Of a stretch of DNA of 64,000 nt, positions 29,928 through 39,278 are shown piece after piece (the first letter of the stretch is position 1; each line of letters begins with the position of its first letter). The DNA comes from a virus. The position numbers and the translations under genes are program-made. The stretch is from IMG/VR virus record IMGVR_UViG_3300027763_002006, positions 28,216-92,215 of that record. One strand, 5' to 3'. The notes below the pieces were generated by a model. That model had not been told where the DNA came from, did no database searches, and saw nothing but the letters and a program-made list of their open reading frames with translations.

Positions 29928-31339
29928 CCTATGCTTCCTTCCATGGTTACTGCTAGTAATTTATTCGCTTCCGCCGCAAATTCTAAAGGCAATGTGTTTA
30001 ATACACTACGGCAAAAGCCGTTGACAATGGCACTTGCTGCCTGCTCAGGATCTAATCCTCTAGTGGCTAGATAATATAATTCTTCATCACTTACTCTGCC
30101 TGTTGTTGCTTCATGCTCAATTTGCGCCGAATCGTTTCTGCAATCTGTGTAAGGAACAGTATTGCTACGACTGTTGTCGCCAATCATCAAACTATCGCAT
30201 TGCGTGTAGTTACGAGCATTTTTAGCACCTGGATTCATTCGCACAAGTCCACGATAAGTCATGGTGCTGTTACCTATGCTAATACCTTTGCTGATAATTT
30301 TACTGCGAGTATTAGCACCGATGTGAATCATTTTTGTACCAGTGTCAGCTTGTTGATGACCTTTGGTAACGGCCACTGAGTAAAACTCTCCGGTACTCCC
30401 TTCCCCTTGCAGTATGCAACTTGGGTACTTCCAGGTAATGGCTGATCCTGTTTCCACCTGAGTCCAACTAACTCTACTTTTAACTCCACGACAGTGGGCA
30501 CGTTTTGTGACAAAGTTGTAAACGCCACCGACCCCGTGTTCGTTGCCTGGGTACCAATTTTGTACAGTTGAATATTTAATCTCTGCCCTATCAAGGGTAA
30601 TAAGTTCGACGACTGCGGCATGTAACTGATTCTCGTCACGTTGGGGTGCTGTACATCCTTCCAAGTAAGATACATAACTATCCTTGTCTGCTATAATTAA
30701 GGTGCGTTCGAACTGACCGCTACCTGCACTATTAATTCTAAAATAAGTGCTTAACTCCAAAGGGCATCGTTTACCTTCTGGAATATATACAAAACTGCCA
30801 TCACTGAACACTGCGGAGTTGATACAGGCAAACCAATTGTCACCTTGAGGTACAACTGAGCCTAAATATTCTTTAACTAGTTCTGGATGATCTTGTACTG
30901 CTTCTGTAAAACTGCAAAAGATAATTCCTTCTTCTGCTAGTTTAGCTTTGTATGTTGTGCCAATACTGACACTGTCAAACACAGCATCAACTGCTACACC
31001 TGCAAGTTTAGCACGTTCATGTAATGGGATACCTAGACGTTCAAAGTCATCTAAAATCTCCTGCGGGACTTCATCTAAACTTTTAAATTGTTTCTTAGGA
31101 CGACTGTGATAGTAAATGTTATCATAGTCTGGGCGTGTGTATTTTAACTCGGCCCAATCTGGCTCCTTCATAGAACTAAGTTTATCTAACGCACCGAGTC
31201 TAAACTCTAGTAGCCAATTAGGTTCATTGTTCTTAGCACTGATAAGTCTGACAGTGTTTTCATTCAAGCCTTTGCCTGTCAATTCACTTTCGACATTAGT
31301 AGTAAACCCTGCGGTGTATTCTTGCTCTAATTCATTCAT
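29924..31339 (-). CDS. sufB: Fe-S scaffold SufB
   Basis: [65 protein letters not shown]; start moved to MNELEQ (ATGA overlap). Confidence 0.96.
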   Translation of the reverse strand: MNELEQEYTAGFTTNVESELTGKGLNENTVRLISAKNNEPNWLLEFRLGALDKLSSMKEPDWAELKYTRPDYDNIYYHSRPKKQFKSLDEVPQEILDDFERLGIPLHERAKLAGVAVDAVFDSVSIGTTYKAKLAEEGIIFCSFTEAVQDHPELVKEYLGSVVPQGDNWFACINSAVFSDGSFVYIPEGKRCPLELSTYFRINSAGSGQFERTLIIADKDSYVSYLEGCTAPQRDENQLHAAVVELITLDRAEIKYSTVQNWYPGNEHGVGGVYNFVTKRAHCRGVKSRVSWTQVETGSAITWKYPSCILQGEGSTGEFYSVAVTKGHQQADTGTKMIHIGANTRSKIISKGISIGNSTMTYRGLVRMNPGAKNARNYTQCDSLMIGDNSRSNTVPYTDCRNDSAQIEHEATTGRVSDEELYYLATRGLDPEQAASAIVNGFCRSVLNTLPLEFAAEANKLLAVTMEGSIG

Positions 31340-31548
31340 CGTTTTAATATATCGAACATGTTGCCATATTCGTATCGTGACCAATCATCGTGATCAACAT
31401 AGGTGTTGATTTTTCTGCGATAAATCCGCTTACCCCAAACACGTTCATTATCGACGGTGTAAACTGGATGCCAAGCAAACCAAATCGTCCAAGGTGCCAT
31501 TTTTATCTTTCTAGCAACATTGCCAATGGGATCAAACATTAACTCCAC
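31336..31548 (-). CDS. Hypothetical protein
   Basis: 70 aa, WFAWHPV motif. Confidence 0.55.
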   Translation of the reverse strand: MELMFDPIGNVARKIKMAPWTIWFAWHPVYTVDNERVWGKRIYRRKINTYVDHDDWSRYEYGNMFDILKR

Positions 31549-31880
31549 CGCAACATAAACATCATCTTTTCTTCTTTGCTACCAAATTCCAGAATCATAC
31601 CAGTATTATTAAATCGAATATTACTTTCTCTGCACCACTCTATCATATCTGATTCGTTGTCTACATAATACTCGTAGTCGGTGATCAAAAGTATAGGCAT
31701 ATCCATGACACCTAATTTTGCATCTACAAATCTATAACCTTGTTCTTTCAACATTCTATGTGCCGTGTTAGCTGATTTGAGCACCTTAGCAACGCGGTCG
31801 CCCTGTGCTTCTTCTATCCATACTTCCCAACATAGCTTAGAACTGTTATAATGTGCAGTGGGATTACTTGACATCGCCAA
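31539..31880 (-). CDS. Hypothetical protein
   Basis: 113 aa, C-terminal FMLRWS. Confidence 0.55.
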   Translation of the reverse strand: MAMSSNPTAHYNSSKLCWEVWIEEAQGDRVAKVLKSANTAHRMLKEQGYRFVDAKLGVMDMPILLITDYEYYVDNESDMIEWCRESNIRFNNTGMILEFGSKEEKMMFMLRWS

Positions 31881-32115
31881 ATTTTAATTTATATATCACT
31901 GCTTCTTCATCTTCAAACACTGCTGTAATATTATATTGATATCCATAATAGTAGTCAGCACCAGGAAGCATTTGGTGGTACGTCAAATCTTTTGCTTTCT
32001 CTTTAACATACTTACCATGATCGGTCTGTAACCAGTCGTGTGCAACTGCACCCAGATATATGTCCGGGTCTTCTACATCCCCTACTCTCAGTGTCTTGAC
32101 AACCAACTTGATCAT
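31864..32115 (-). CDS. Hypothetical protein
   Basis: 83 aa, GDVEDPDIY motif. Confidence 0.55.
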   Translation of the reverse strand: MIKLVVKTLRVGDVEDPDIYLGAVAHDWLQTDHGKYVKEKAKDLTYHQMLPGADYYYGYQYNITAVFEDEEAVIYKLKFGDVK

Positions 32116-32432
32116 TTAAAAATGATAAGTGCCATTATACATGCTTGAATAAAAAATCCAAAGCCAATTGTAACAATATTTAAAATATCTTTGCTGATAG
32201 TTGCTTTAACAAAAAACAAAAACAATCCTGCCCAGGCTAATAATACCAAATCAACTGGTGGAGTCTTTTCAGTAAGCCCCGTTAAAATAGCAATTAACGT
32301 GGGAATGGTAGCCAAGTGTATAAGGATAACAGCCACCCATCCTAATGTTTCTGCACTAACAGTTACTAATTGTTCTTTCAGCGTTTTAGCTGAGTTATTT
32401 GTAAACTCGTTGATTTTTTCGATAAAGTTCAT
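32112..32432 (-). CDS. Three-TM membrane protein
   Basis: Hydrophobic helices; HLATIPT. Confidence 0.6.
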   Translation of the reverse strand: MNFIEKINEFTNNSAKTLKEQLVTVSAETLGWVAVILIHLATIPTLIAILTGLTEKTPPVDLVLLAWAGLFLFFVKATISKDILNIVTIGFGFFIQACIMALIIFK

Positions 32433-32443
32433 TTCAGTCTTTC

Positions 32444-32968
32444 TTACTTGTAAAATATATGATTGCCGATAGTGGCTACTTTTTCTTTCTTCCATCCCGG
32501 ATTGATATATGTTCCGTGAAAGTAAAGAGCGTGTTTTAGACTGGGTAGTCTAAATTTTTCCAGTAAAACTTGTTTTGCAACAATCTCGCTTTCACGATAA
32601 GCGGCCATGTTTTTAGGTTTTCTTACATCGCCATTGCAGTACCAACTAAATTGGCACAGTCCCATGGCATTGTCTTTTTGGTAAACAACTTTGCAGATAT
32701 CACTGGGAAATTTTCCACTTTCAGCACGATTAATAGTAACCTGTGCCACTGCAACTTTACCTTCAAAAGGTTCGTGTCCTGCTTCGTAGTAAATGTTTCT
32801 AGTCAAACAGTCGAGTTGAGTATTGCGAACTTCGGCAGTGATCTCACTGGGATTTAAATTTTGGGCTGCTTTCAGTGACGTTACTTTGTAGTCATATGCA
32901 TATCTTGCTACAAAAACTACCAGCATCAGTCCTACAAAAGTAGCAATGATTTTCATGATGCGTATCAT
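32444..32968 (-). CDS. Cell wall hydrolase, SleB/Hydrolase_2 family
   Basis: CLTRNIYYEAGHE, VAQVTINR, FPSDICKVVYQ, QFSW, IGNHIFY. Confidence 0.9.
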   Translation of the reverse strand: MIRIMKIIATFVGLMLVVFVARYAYDYKVTSLKAAQNLNPSEITAEVRNTQLDCLTRNIYYEAGHEPFEGKVAVAQVTINRAESGKFPSDICKVVYQKDNAMGLCQFSWYCNGDVRKPKNMAAYRESEIVAKQVLLEKFRLPSLKHALYFHGTYINPGWKKEKVATIGNHIFYK

Positions 32969-33024
32969 AAGTCTCCTCCTTTTACGCGGTTAGTTAATTA
33001 CGTACCTATTACGATACATTCGTT

Positions 33025-33053
33025 ATAATAGCACTTAATGGCTTAACTGTCAA
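33025..33053 (-). promoter_or_regulatory. sigma70-type promoter heading the gene run that includes suf
   Basis: TTGACA-17-TATTAT; SD AGGAGG downstream. Confidence 0.6.
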
Positions 33054-33062
33054 GTTAAATGG

Positions 33063-33368
33063 TTAAGTGTATGATTTTTTGGAAGGCATGCTGAAACCTT
33101 CTCCGGCGCCAAGAACACAGGCTGTTTCTTTGTTGAATTGGATTATAGTCCAAGTTTTGGTTTCTTGATTAACAAACAATGAATAGTTTGATGCTTTACT
33201 ATCCTTTTCTGTGCCGAACCAAATGGGCGATTCTTCATAGTCTCGTCCTTTTAAAACTGAAATCATTGTTTCAGTTTTATCGCAGTAAACTTCTTTTTTT
33301 GTGGTTGCCAGTTGCGCCGATGCTGTAACAGCCACCATAGAAGTTAGAAAAATTAAAATATGTTTCAT
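33063..33368 (-). CDS. Secreted hypothetical protein
   Basis: Signal peptide MKHILIFL; two Cys; TATAAATA 4 nt upstream. Confidence 0.6.
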   Translation of the reverse strand: MKHILIFLTSMVAVTASAQLATTKKEVYCDKTETMISVLKGRDYEESPIWFGTEKDSKASNYSLFVNQETKTWTIIQFNKETACVLGAGEGFSMPSKKSYT

Positions 33369-33487
33369 AATGTATTTATAAAATAAGTCAGTATAACCAT
33401 TATACGCAATTAGTTTTAATAGTACTTTACTCGACCGCATATTGTTTTAAATACTAAAAAGCCATTAAATGGTATAGGAGTAATATC

Positions 33488-34777
33488 ATGAAAAGAACAC
33501 TTGTTACCTTTGCTTTGATAGCCATTGCAATTTCTGTATCAGCACAAACAACCAGTACATCAAGCACTGCTGGCGGTACAACCACTGGTACCACTGGAGT
33601 TATTAATCAAGGCAGTTACGATTCAAAAACATTAGTTGACACTAATAGTACTAGTAACAGCGTTAGTACAGTGAACACTAATAACAATAATACTGGTACA
33701 ATTACCAATATTAATCAAACCACTGTTGGTAGTACCAGTACAAATACCAACAATAATAACAATGTTACCACTGGTACATTAACCAATAACAACAACAACG
33801 TCAACAGTGGCACAATGACCAATAACAACAACAACGTCAACAGTGGCACAATGACTTATAACAATAACAACGTTAACACAGGTACGATGACCAACAATAA
33901 CAACAATGTATCTACAAGTACAAATACCAACAATAACATCAACACTGGTGACATGACTAATCGTAACATTAATACTAGCACATCGACAAGTAACAACACC
34001 AATAGCAACACAAACTATAATTATGGTGATCAGACTGTTCGTAATATCAATTCTAATACAAGCACCAGTACAAATACAAATAACAACATTAACACAGGTG
34101 ACATGACTAATCGTAACATTAATACTAGCACTAGTACAAGTACAAATGCCAATACAAATACTAACGTTAACACAGGTGACATGACTAATCGTAATATCCA
34201 AACTGGTGATATGACGAACAGAAATATCAACAATAGTACCAGTGCAAGTACAAGTAATAATACTAACACTAACATCAACAGTGGTACAATGGTTAATCAA
34301 AACATTCAAAGCGGTGAGATGACTAATCGTAATATCAATGAAACAACCATAACTCAAAAGGTAATTCAACCTCCTCCAACTGCGGTTGCTCCTGCAATGA
34401 TGAGTGGTGGTAATGCCGACTTATGTAGCACAGGTACTAGTGGTAGTGTACAAACACAGATCTTTGGTGTTGGTGCAGGTGGTGTTACTCGCGATTTAAA
34501 TTGCGAACGTTTAAAATTATCTAAAACACTGTATGACATGGGTATGAAAGTTGCCGCTGTAGCTACTATGTGTCAAGACCGTAGAGTATTTGATGCTATG
34601 TTAGCCGCAGGTACTCCTTGCCCATATGAAGGCAAGATTGGTGAACAGGCCAAGGCAGCTTGGGAAGCAAATCCAGAAAAGTTACCAAAACTTCAAGAGG
34701 AAAAAATAGATGAAACTTACAAGAAAGTTGGCATTGGCGCTTTGCTTGGCATTCTCGTTCACAACGCTTTCAAGTAA
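33488..34777 (+). CDS. Secreted Asn/Thr-rich repeat protein with Cys-rich C-terminal domain
   Basis: Signal peptide; NTGDMTNRNIN repeats; DLC..CERLKLSKTLYDMGMKVAAV..CQD..GTPCP. Confidence 0.75.
   Translation: MKRTLVTFALIAIAISVSAQTTSTSSTAGGTTTGTTGVINQGSYDSKTLVDTNSTSNSVSTVNTNNNNTGTITNINQTTVGSTSTNTNNNNNVTTGTLTNNNNNVNSGTMTNNNNNVNSGTMTYNNNNVNTGTMTNNNNNVSTSTNTNNNINTGDMTNRNINTSTSTSNNTNSNTNYNYGDQTVRNINSNTSTSTNTNNNINTGDMTNRNINTSTSTSTNANTNTNVNTGDMTNRNIQTGDMTNRNINNSTSASTSNNTNTNINSGTMVNQNIQSGEMTNRNINETTITQKVIQPPPTAVAPAMMSGGNADLCSTGTSGSVQTQIFGVGAGGVTRDLNCERLKLSKTLYDMGMKVAAVATMCQDRRVFDAMLAAGTPCPYEGKIGEQAKAAWEANPEKLPKLQEEKIDETYKKVGIGALLGILVHNAFK
33782..33889 (+). repeat. 36-nt tandem repeat encoding TNNNNNVNSGTM
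   Basis: Two exact copies (33782-33853) plus one degenerate copy. Confidence 0.85.
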
Positions 34778-37097
34778 TGCTCAAACAGATACCACTACAG
34801 GGAATCTAATTAATTCTACTGGCACAGCTACGGATACAACAAGTAAATGGAATAATGGGGTATATGTTAATTCATTGACTTGTTGGCAACCAGGTGGCCC
34901 TGGCAATTGTGGACCAAATCCTAATGTGCTACCCAACGGGCAGATTCATTTCTCGTATGGTCAAGTAGACTTAAATCAAGTCATTAACATTAATCGAGCC
35001 CTGGCCGCAGGCGGCACAGGATTACAACTCAGCGGATTCAATTTTGGTTTTACTGCTAAGAACGGCAACGGTTGGGACAATGGACAACAAGACTATCTTG
35101 CCGCTTATGTAAAATTAAAAGATTCTGCTGGCAATCAAATTGCCAACTATGATTATAGTAGCCAAACAAATAGAAGATATAACTGGACTAACTTTAACTT
35201 CAGTGAAACATTTGCTACACCATATGTTGCTTCAGCACTGAGCACAGCGCAAGTGGGTTTCGTAGGACGCGACACTAATGGATGGGCAGGTCCTTATGGT
35301 CCGGAAATCTTCGGTGTTAGTTTTAGTTTAAAATATCGCATCGATCCTTGTGCCAATAACCCTGCATACAGTTCGAATTGTTCCGGGTTTAACAGCATAG
35401 TGACCAGCAACAATGTATTGCCTAATCCCGATGCTTGGGGCACTTCAATGAACCAAATGGTTGCTATTAATACTGCATTAAAAAATGGCGGCTCGGGTGC
35501 AATGGTACACGGCTTTAACTATGGCTTTGATTATAATGTAGGGCAAAGTTGGTCGGGCTGTACTGCTACTAATCAAGATGGATCTTGTAGTTGGTACATG
35601 AACATTCCTGCCAGTGTAAATGCAACCGCACTATTGACTAATAGCAATAACCAAACAATAGTTTCAAAGAATCATAATTTAACAGGTGATGGCACCAGCG
35701 GATCAGTAAATGGTCAATACCTACTGCCCAGCAGTTTAAATCAGACTGCCCTTGGCAATCTAAGACTTTATGGTAATGCTTCAGGCACAGGTTCTTCATT
35801 AGGAAACTTTTCAGCAAGTTTAATATACACAGTGGATCCCTGTAATACTAATCCATTATACAACGCATCATGCAGTGGATATGGCGCCGCAATGGCCAAG
35901 AGTTTAGCACCTGCAACTACAACTTCATCTCCTACTATGGCTACTATGTCTTCGAGTCCTTCAGGAACTTCTCCCATGGATAACAATGGTCCTGGGCAAG
36001 GACCCACCGATGGTTCTTTTAATGCATCTGGACCAGGACCTAGTAGTCAGCAAGCAACAGCAACGGCGGGTTCTGAACCTCCAGGTAGCACACCAACAGC
36101 AGGTCCAGGTTCACAGCAACAAGTTGCTCAAAGCAATAGTCCGTCGTCAACACCATCATCGCCTGCTTCTGGTCCGGGCCAGCGTCAAGAAAGCGGCGGC
36201 AAATCTGGTGGAGGTAATTTAAGTTTAGCAATGAGTGTAGTTAGTAGAGTGCAGGCAGCGGATAGAGCAACGCAGACCAGTGCTGTGGCTAACGCCCAAC
36301 AAGTTGTAACAACATCAAGTGCGTCTGCACAAGCACAGGCCAATCAGGTAGTTGAACAAGCAAATGCATTAAGTTCAGACAGCAGTCAAGCAAGCCAGAC
36401 TCTAACATCAACTACAATGCAACAAGGCACTAGACAGCAACAAGGTGGCACTGGTGTATCAGTAATGACATTACAAGGTCCTAATGTTATGACTTTGCAG
36501 GCTTTAACATCATCTGCATCTTCTTCGCAGACTGTAACTGTGGATACAACAAACATTCAACGTGTAGACGGAGTCGGCGATAGTTCAATATATTCATTAA
36601 CATCAAATTCTATACAAAGATACTCTCCCGGCGTATCTTTAAATTCTCAGTTTAATGGAGTAGCTATTAGTTCTGCTCCAATACAAATGATACAGCCAAG
36701 ACAGGAGTTTAAGTTTGAAAGCAGAATAGAGCAAGAATCGCAGAGCTTCCAAACTACACAGACAGCAATGACCCGTGGCACTGTATTAAATGATATCATT
36801 GAACAACGTGTTAATGTTGCTTCATTTCAAATGGAGCAACAAATGGACACAGTTAAGAAAAATGTATTACCCAATGAGCTAGCTGGCAGTGTTGACATTG
36901 CTGCCATGGCAATGACGCCAAAAGGTTATGAAGTGTATAGTATCGTAACGCTACGTGATGTTCCTTTTTATAAGCCAGAAGCAATTTACAAAGATAATAA
37001 GACAGTCGACAACGCAAGAGTGTTGCGTGGATTAACCAGTGGCAGTGATGCTAAACACCAAGAAATGGTTGATCAACAATACAAGTTGGGAAATTAA
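34710..37097 (+). CDS. Large secreted protein with duplicated beta domains and Ser/Gln/Pro-rich linker
   Basis: Signal peptide; two DPC..NP.Y...CSG motifs. Confidence 0.7.
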   Translation: MKLTRKLALALCLAFSFTTLSSNAQTDTTTGNLINSTGTATDTTSKWNNGVYVNSLTCWQPGGPGNCGPNPNVLPNGQIHFSYGQVDLNQVININRALAAGGTGLQLSGFNFGFTAKNGNGWDNGQQDYLAAYVKLKDSAGNQIANYDYSSQTNRRYNWTNFNFSETFATPYVASALSTAQVGFVGRDTNGWAGPYGPEIFGVSFSLKYRIDPCANNPAYSSNCSGFNSIVTSNNVLPNPDAWGTSMNQMVAINTALKNGGSGAMVHGFNYGFDYNVGQSWSGCTATNQDGSCSWYMNIPASVNATALLTNSNNQTIVSKNHNLTGDGTSGSVNGQYLLPSSLNQTALGNLRLYGNASGTGSSLGNFSASLIYTVDPCNTNPLYNASCSGYGAAMAKSLAPATTTSSPTMATMSSSPSGTSPMDNNGPGQGPTDGSFNASGPGPSSQQATATAGSEPPGSTPTAGPGSQQQVAQSNSPSSTPSSPASGPGQRQESGGKSGGGNLSLAMSVVSRVQAADRATQTSAVANAQQVVTTSSASAQAQANQVVEQANALSSDSSQASQTLTSTTMQQGTRQQQGGTGVSVMTLQGPNVMTLQALTSSASSSQTVTVDTTNIQRVDGVGDSSIYSLTSNSIQRYSPGVSLNSQFNGVAISSAPIQMIQPRQEFKFESRIEQESQSFQTTQTAMTRGTVLNDIIEQRVNVASFQMEQQMDTVKKNVLPNELAGSVDIAAMAMTPKGYEVYSIVTLRDVPFYKPEAIYKDNKTVDNARVLRGLTSGSDAKHQEMVDQQYKLGN

Positions 37098-37098
37098 T

Positions 37099-37287
37099 AT
37101 GGATTATATTGCTTATTTTATGTTAGGATTTAGTTTTGGCATATCGTTTTACTATATGTTTTATTACGATAACTCCATGGATCAATTAGAACGTATGAAG
37201 CATGACCTTGCTGTACGTAAACTATGGATTGCTATGTTAGCAAATCAAAAAACAAACAAATCAAAATGGCCAGAAGGCTGGAATTAA
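37099..37287 (+). CDS. Small membrane protein
   Basis: 62 aa with N-terminal TM. Confidence 0.5.
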   Translation: MDYIAYFMLGFSFGISFYYMFYYDNSMDQLERMKHDLAVRKLWIAMLANQKTNKSKWPEGWN

Positions 37288-37303
37288 TATTAGGAGAATC
37301 AAA

Positions 37304-37924
37304 ATGACAGAAGAGATTAAAGATGTTAACGCAAAGATCGAAGACGCTGAAGCGGCTGTAAAAAAATATGCCAGCAAGGACACTGTTATCAGCATTGGTG
37401 GTTACGAATTTACACCAGCAAAACTAATGGTGGCATTTACACTAGTGTCATCTATACTAGGTGGACTTTATGGTACCTTTGAAGTATACAAGGACTATCA
37501 AGGCATGAAGAAAAAGATTGCTGATTACTCTGCACCAGACCTAAGTGGTTTTGACAAGCGACTAGCAGTCATAGAAGAAAACAGTCAAAAGGGTGCTGAC
37601 TATACACGTGACATTAAAACTGACTTGAAGAATGACATTCGTCGCAACGAAACAGTTACAGAACAGGTAGAGCGCAGTGTGAAAACTGCACAGCGTGAAA
37701 CTGAAAGTGAAATGCGTGACATGCGTAAAGCAGTTCGTGAAGATCTAGAGCGAGCAAGAAATGAAGCCAATGCTATTCGCAGGGACATGGAATCAACTCG
37801 TAAAGAAATCAACAGTGAATTTACTGCGGCACGTAGAGAAATTAATCGTGAAGTCGAAACGCTGAAAAGAGAAGTTGATAGTAAGATACAAAAAGCCATC
37901 GACAATCCATTGGCCAACAAATAA
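37304..37924 (+). CDS. Membrane-anchored coiled-coil protein
   Basis: One TM then long heptad region; ends DNPLAN; SD AGGAG. Confidence 0.7.
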   Translation: MTEEIKDVNAKIEDAEAAVKKYASKDTVISIGGYEFTPAKLMVAFTLVSSILGGLYGTFEVYKDYQGMKKKIADYSAPDLSGFDKRLAVIEENSQKGADYTRDIKTDLKNDIRRNETVTEQVERSVKTAQRETESEMRDMRKAVREDLERARNEANAIRRDMESTRKEINSEFTAARREINREVETLKREVDSKIQKAIDNPLANK

Positions 37925-37927
37925 CTT

Positions 37928-38620
37928 TTAAGGCCTACTTCTTTCTTTAATGGCCGCTTTGACCAAGCTGTCTATACTGTTGATTAATGGAATACCATTA
38001 TGGTTGTCTTCCTTGACTGCCAATGGTATTTCAGTACAACCCAATACCACTGCTTGAGCACCACGTGCTATCAAACTATCTACCACAGACATAAACATTG
38101 GATGTGACTGTTCAAGTTCGCCGCTTTTAATCAAATTAATAGCAGGTTGCACCAATGTCGACATTTCTTCTTTAGATGGGACGATGCAATTCCATCCCTG
38201 ATCATTTAATCTAGTTTGATATAACCCAGATTCTATTGTGCCTTGCGTACCTAAGATACCTATATTTTTACCTGAAAGATTTAAACTTTTTAATTCTTCT
38301 GCAACGCTATCTACAATGTGTAAAATAGGTACACTTATCTCAGAAAGCTGTGAGTACCAGAAGTGTGCCGAGTTACAAGGTATGACAATATAACTACATC
38401 CTGCATTCATCAATCCTCTAACACCACCTTGTAACCAATGCAATGGCAAATTATCTCCAGATCGTATACTGGTACTACGATCTGGTATTCGAGGTTCATT
38501 CCAAAGAACAAATGGAATATGTTCTTGATCGCAGGTTGCGGGAGTTTTTTTAATTAGTCTATTAACAAACTCTGCAGATGCAGCCGGCCCCATTCCACCA
38601 AGTATGCCTAGGCGTTTCAT
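37928..38620 (-). CDS. Aspartate/glutamate racemase
   Basis: LGILGGMGP, DQEH, IPDR, IPCNSAH and LGCTEIP (both catalytic Cys). Confidence 0.92.
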   Translation of the reverse strand: MKRLGILGGMGPAASAEFVNRLIKKTPATCDQEHIPFVLWNEPRIPDRSTSIRSGDNLPLHWLQGGVRGLMNAGCSYIVIPCNSAHFWYSQLSEISVPILHIVDSVAEELKSLNLSGKNIGILGTQGTIESGLYQTRLNDQGWNCIVPSKEEMSTLVQPAINLIKSGELEQSHPMFMSVVDSLIARGAQAVVLGCTEIPLAVKEDNHNGIPLINSIDSLVKAAIKERSRP

Positions 38621-38679
38621 AGTATAAAAAATACAATGATTATCAAAATGCCAACAGCTATGACAGTAGGAAGTCTCAT
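38617..38679 (-). CDS. 20-aa hydrophobic micro-protein MRLPTVIAVGILIIIVFFIL
   Basis: ATGA overlaps at both ends. Confidence 0.5.
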   Translation of the reverse strand: MRLPTVIAVGILIIIVFFIL

Positions 38680-39278
38680 TTTTTAAATAATAACGCAGAA
38701 GCAATGATTAATGCTGTTTGTGCCGCTTCTACATCACTGGGCTGTTCTTTCCAACCTACACTGATTTGTCCTATGAATACACCAGGCTCTGCTGGTACAC
38801 TAATACGACACATATAATTTACACCAGCTTCTTTATAAGTAAAGCCAATGAGACTCTGCGGCTTAAGATATGGACTACAAGGAATTTTACCGGACATTAG
38901 TCCTATGACATCATTGTTGTTGTCATAGTTTTTACTAAACAGCCCAACGTCTAATCCATTGTGTTCTTTAATCTTTCCGCCATTGCGTGTGGCCAAGAAC
39001 ACAATTTTTCTTGTGTTTATTAATGTGTTGACTTCCATGATAGACACAAGTTCTATGTCTGTGTGCTTCAACAAGAAATTATATGCTTCTTCATACTGAC
39101 CATTCATCTTGGGCAATGCCTGCTGAGCACGGTAGCTGGCCATGAAGTTATCCTTTTCAGAATAAACAATCCAGCCACCGAATCCTAATATACACAGGAA
39201 CACAACAGTAAATAGGCGAAATGGACTTTCGCCTATGTATGTCAATAAACTTAAAAGAAAGTCTTTAAGTTTGTCCAT
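38676..39278 (-). CDS. Single-TM protein with soluble C-terminal domain (T4 holin-like topology)
   Basis: Amphipathic N-helix, one TM, ~160-aa domain with two Cys. Confidence 0.45.
   Translation of the reverse strand: MDKLKDFLLSLLTYIGESPFRLFTVVFLCILGFGGWIVYSEKDNFMASYRAQQALPKMNGQYEEAYNFLLKHTDIELVSIMEVNTLINTRKIVFLATRNGGKIKEHNGLDVGLFSKNYDNNNDVIGLMSGKIPCSPYLKPQSLIGFTYKEAGVNYMCRISVPAEPGVFIGQISVGWKEQPSDVEAAQTALIIASALLFKK

Noticed and set aside
33782-33889. 36-nt repeats as a CRISPR array
   Set aside because: Directly tandem, no spacers, in frame within a CDS; no cas genes in the window
33779-34369. Long antisense ORFs over the Asn/Thr repeat (and similar ones over collagen and Ala-rich genes)
   Set aside because: Shadow frames caused by low-complexity coding on the opposite strand
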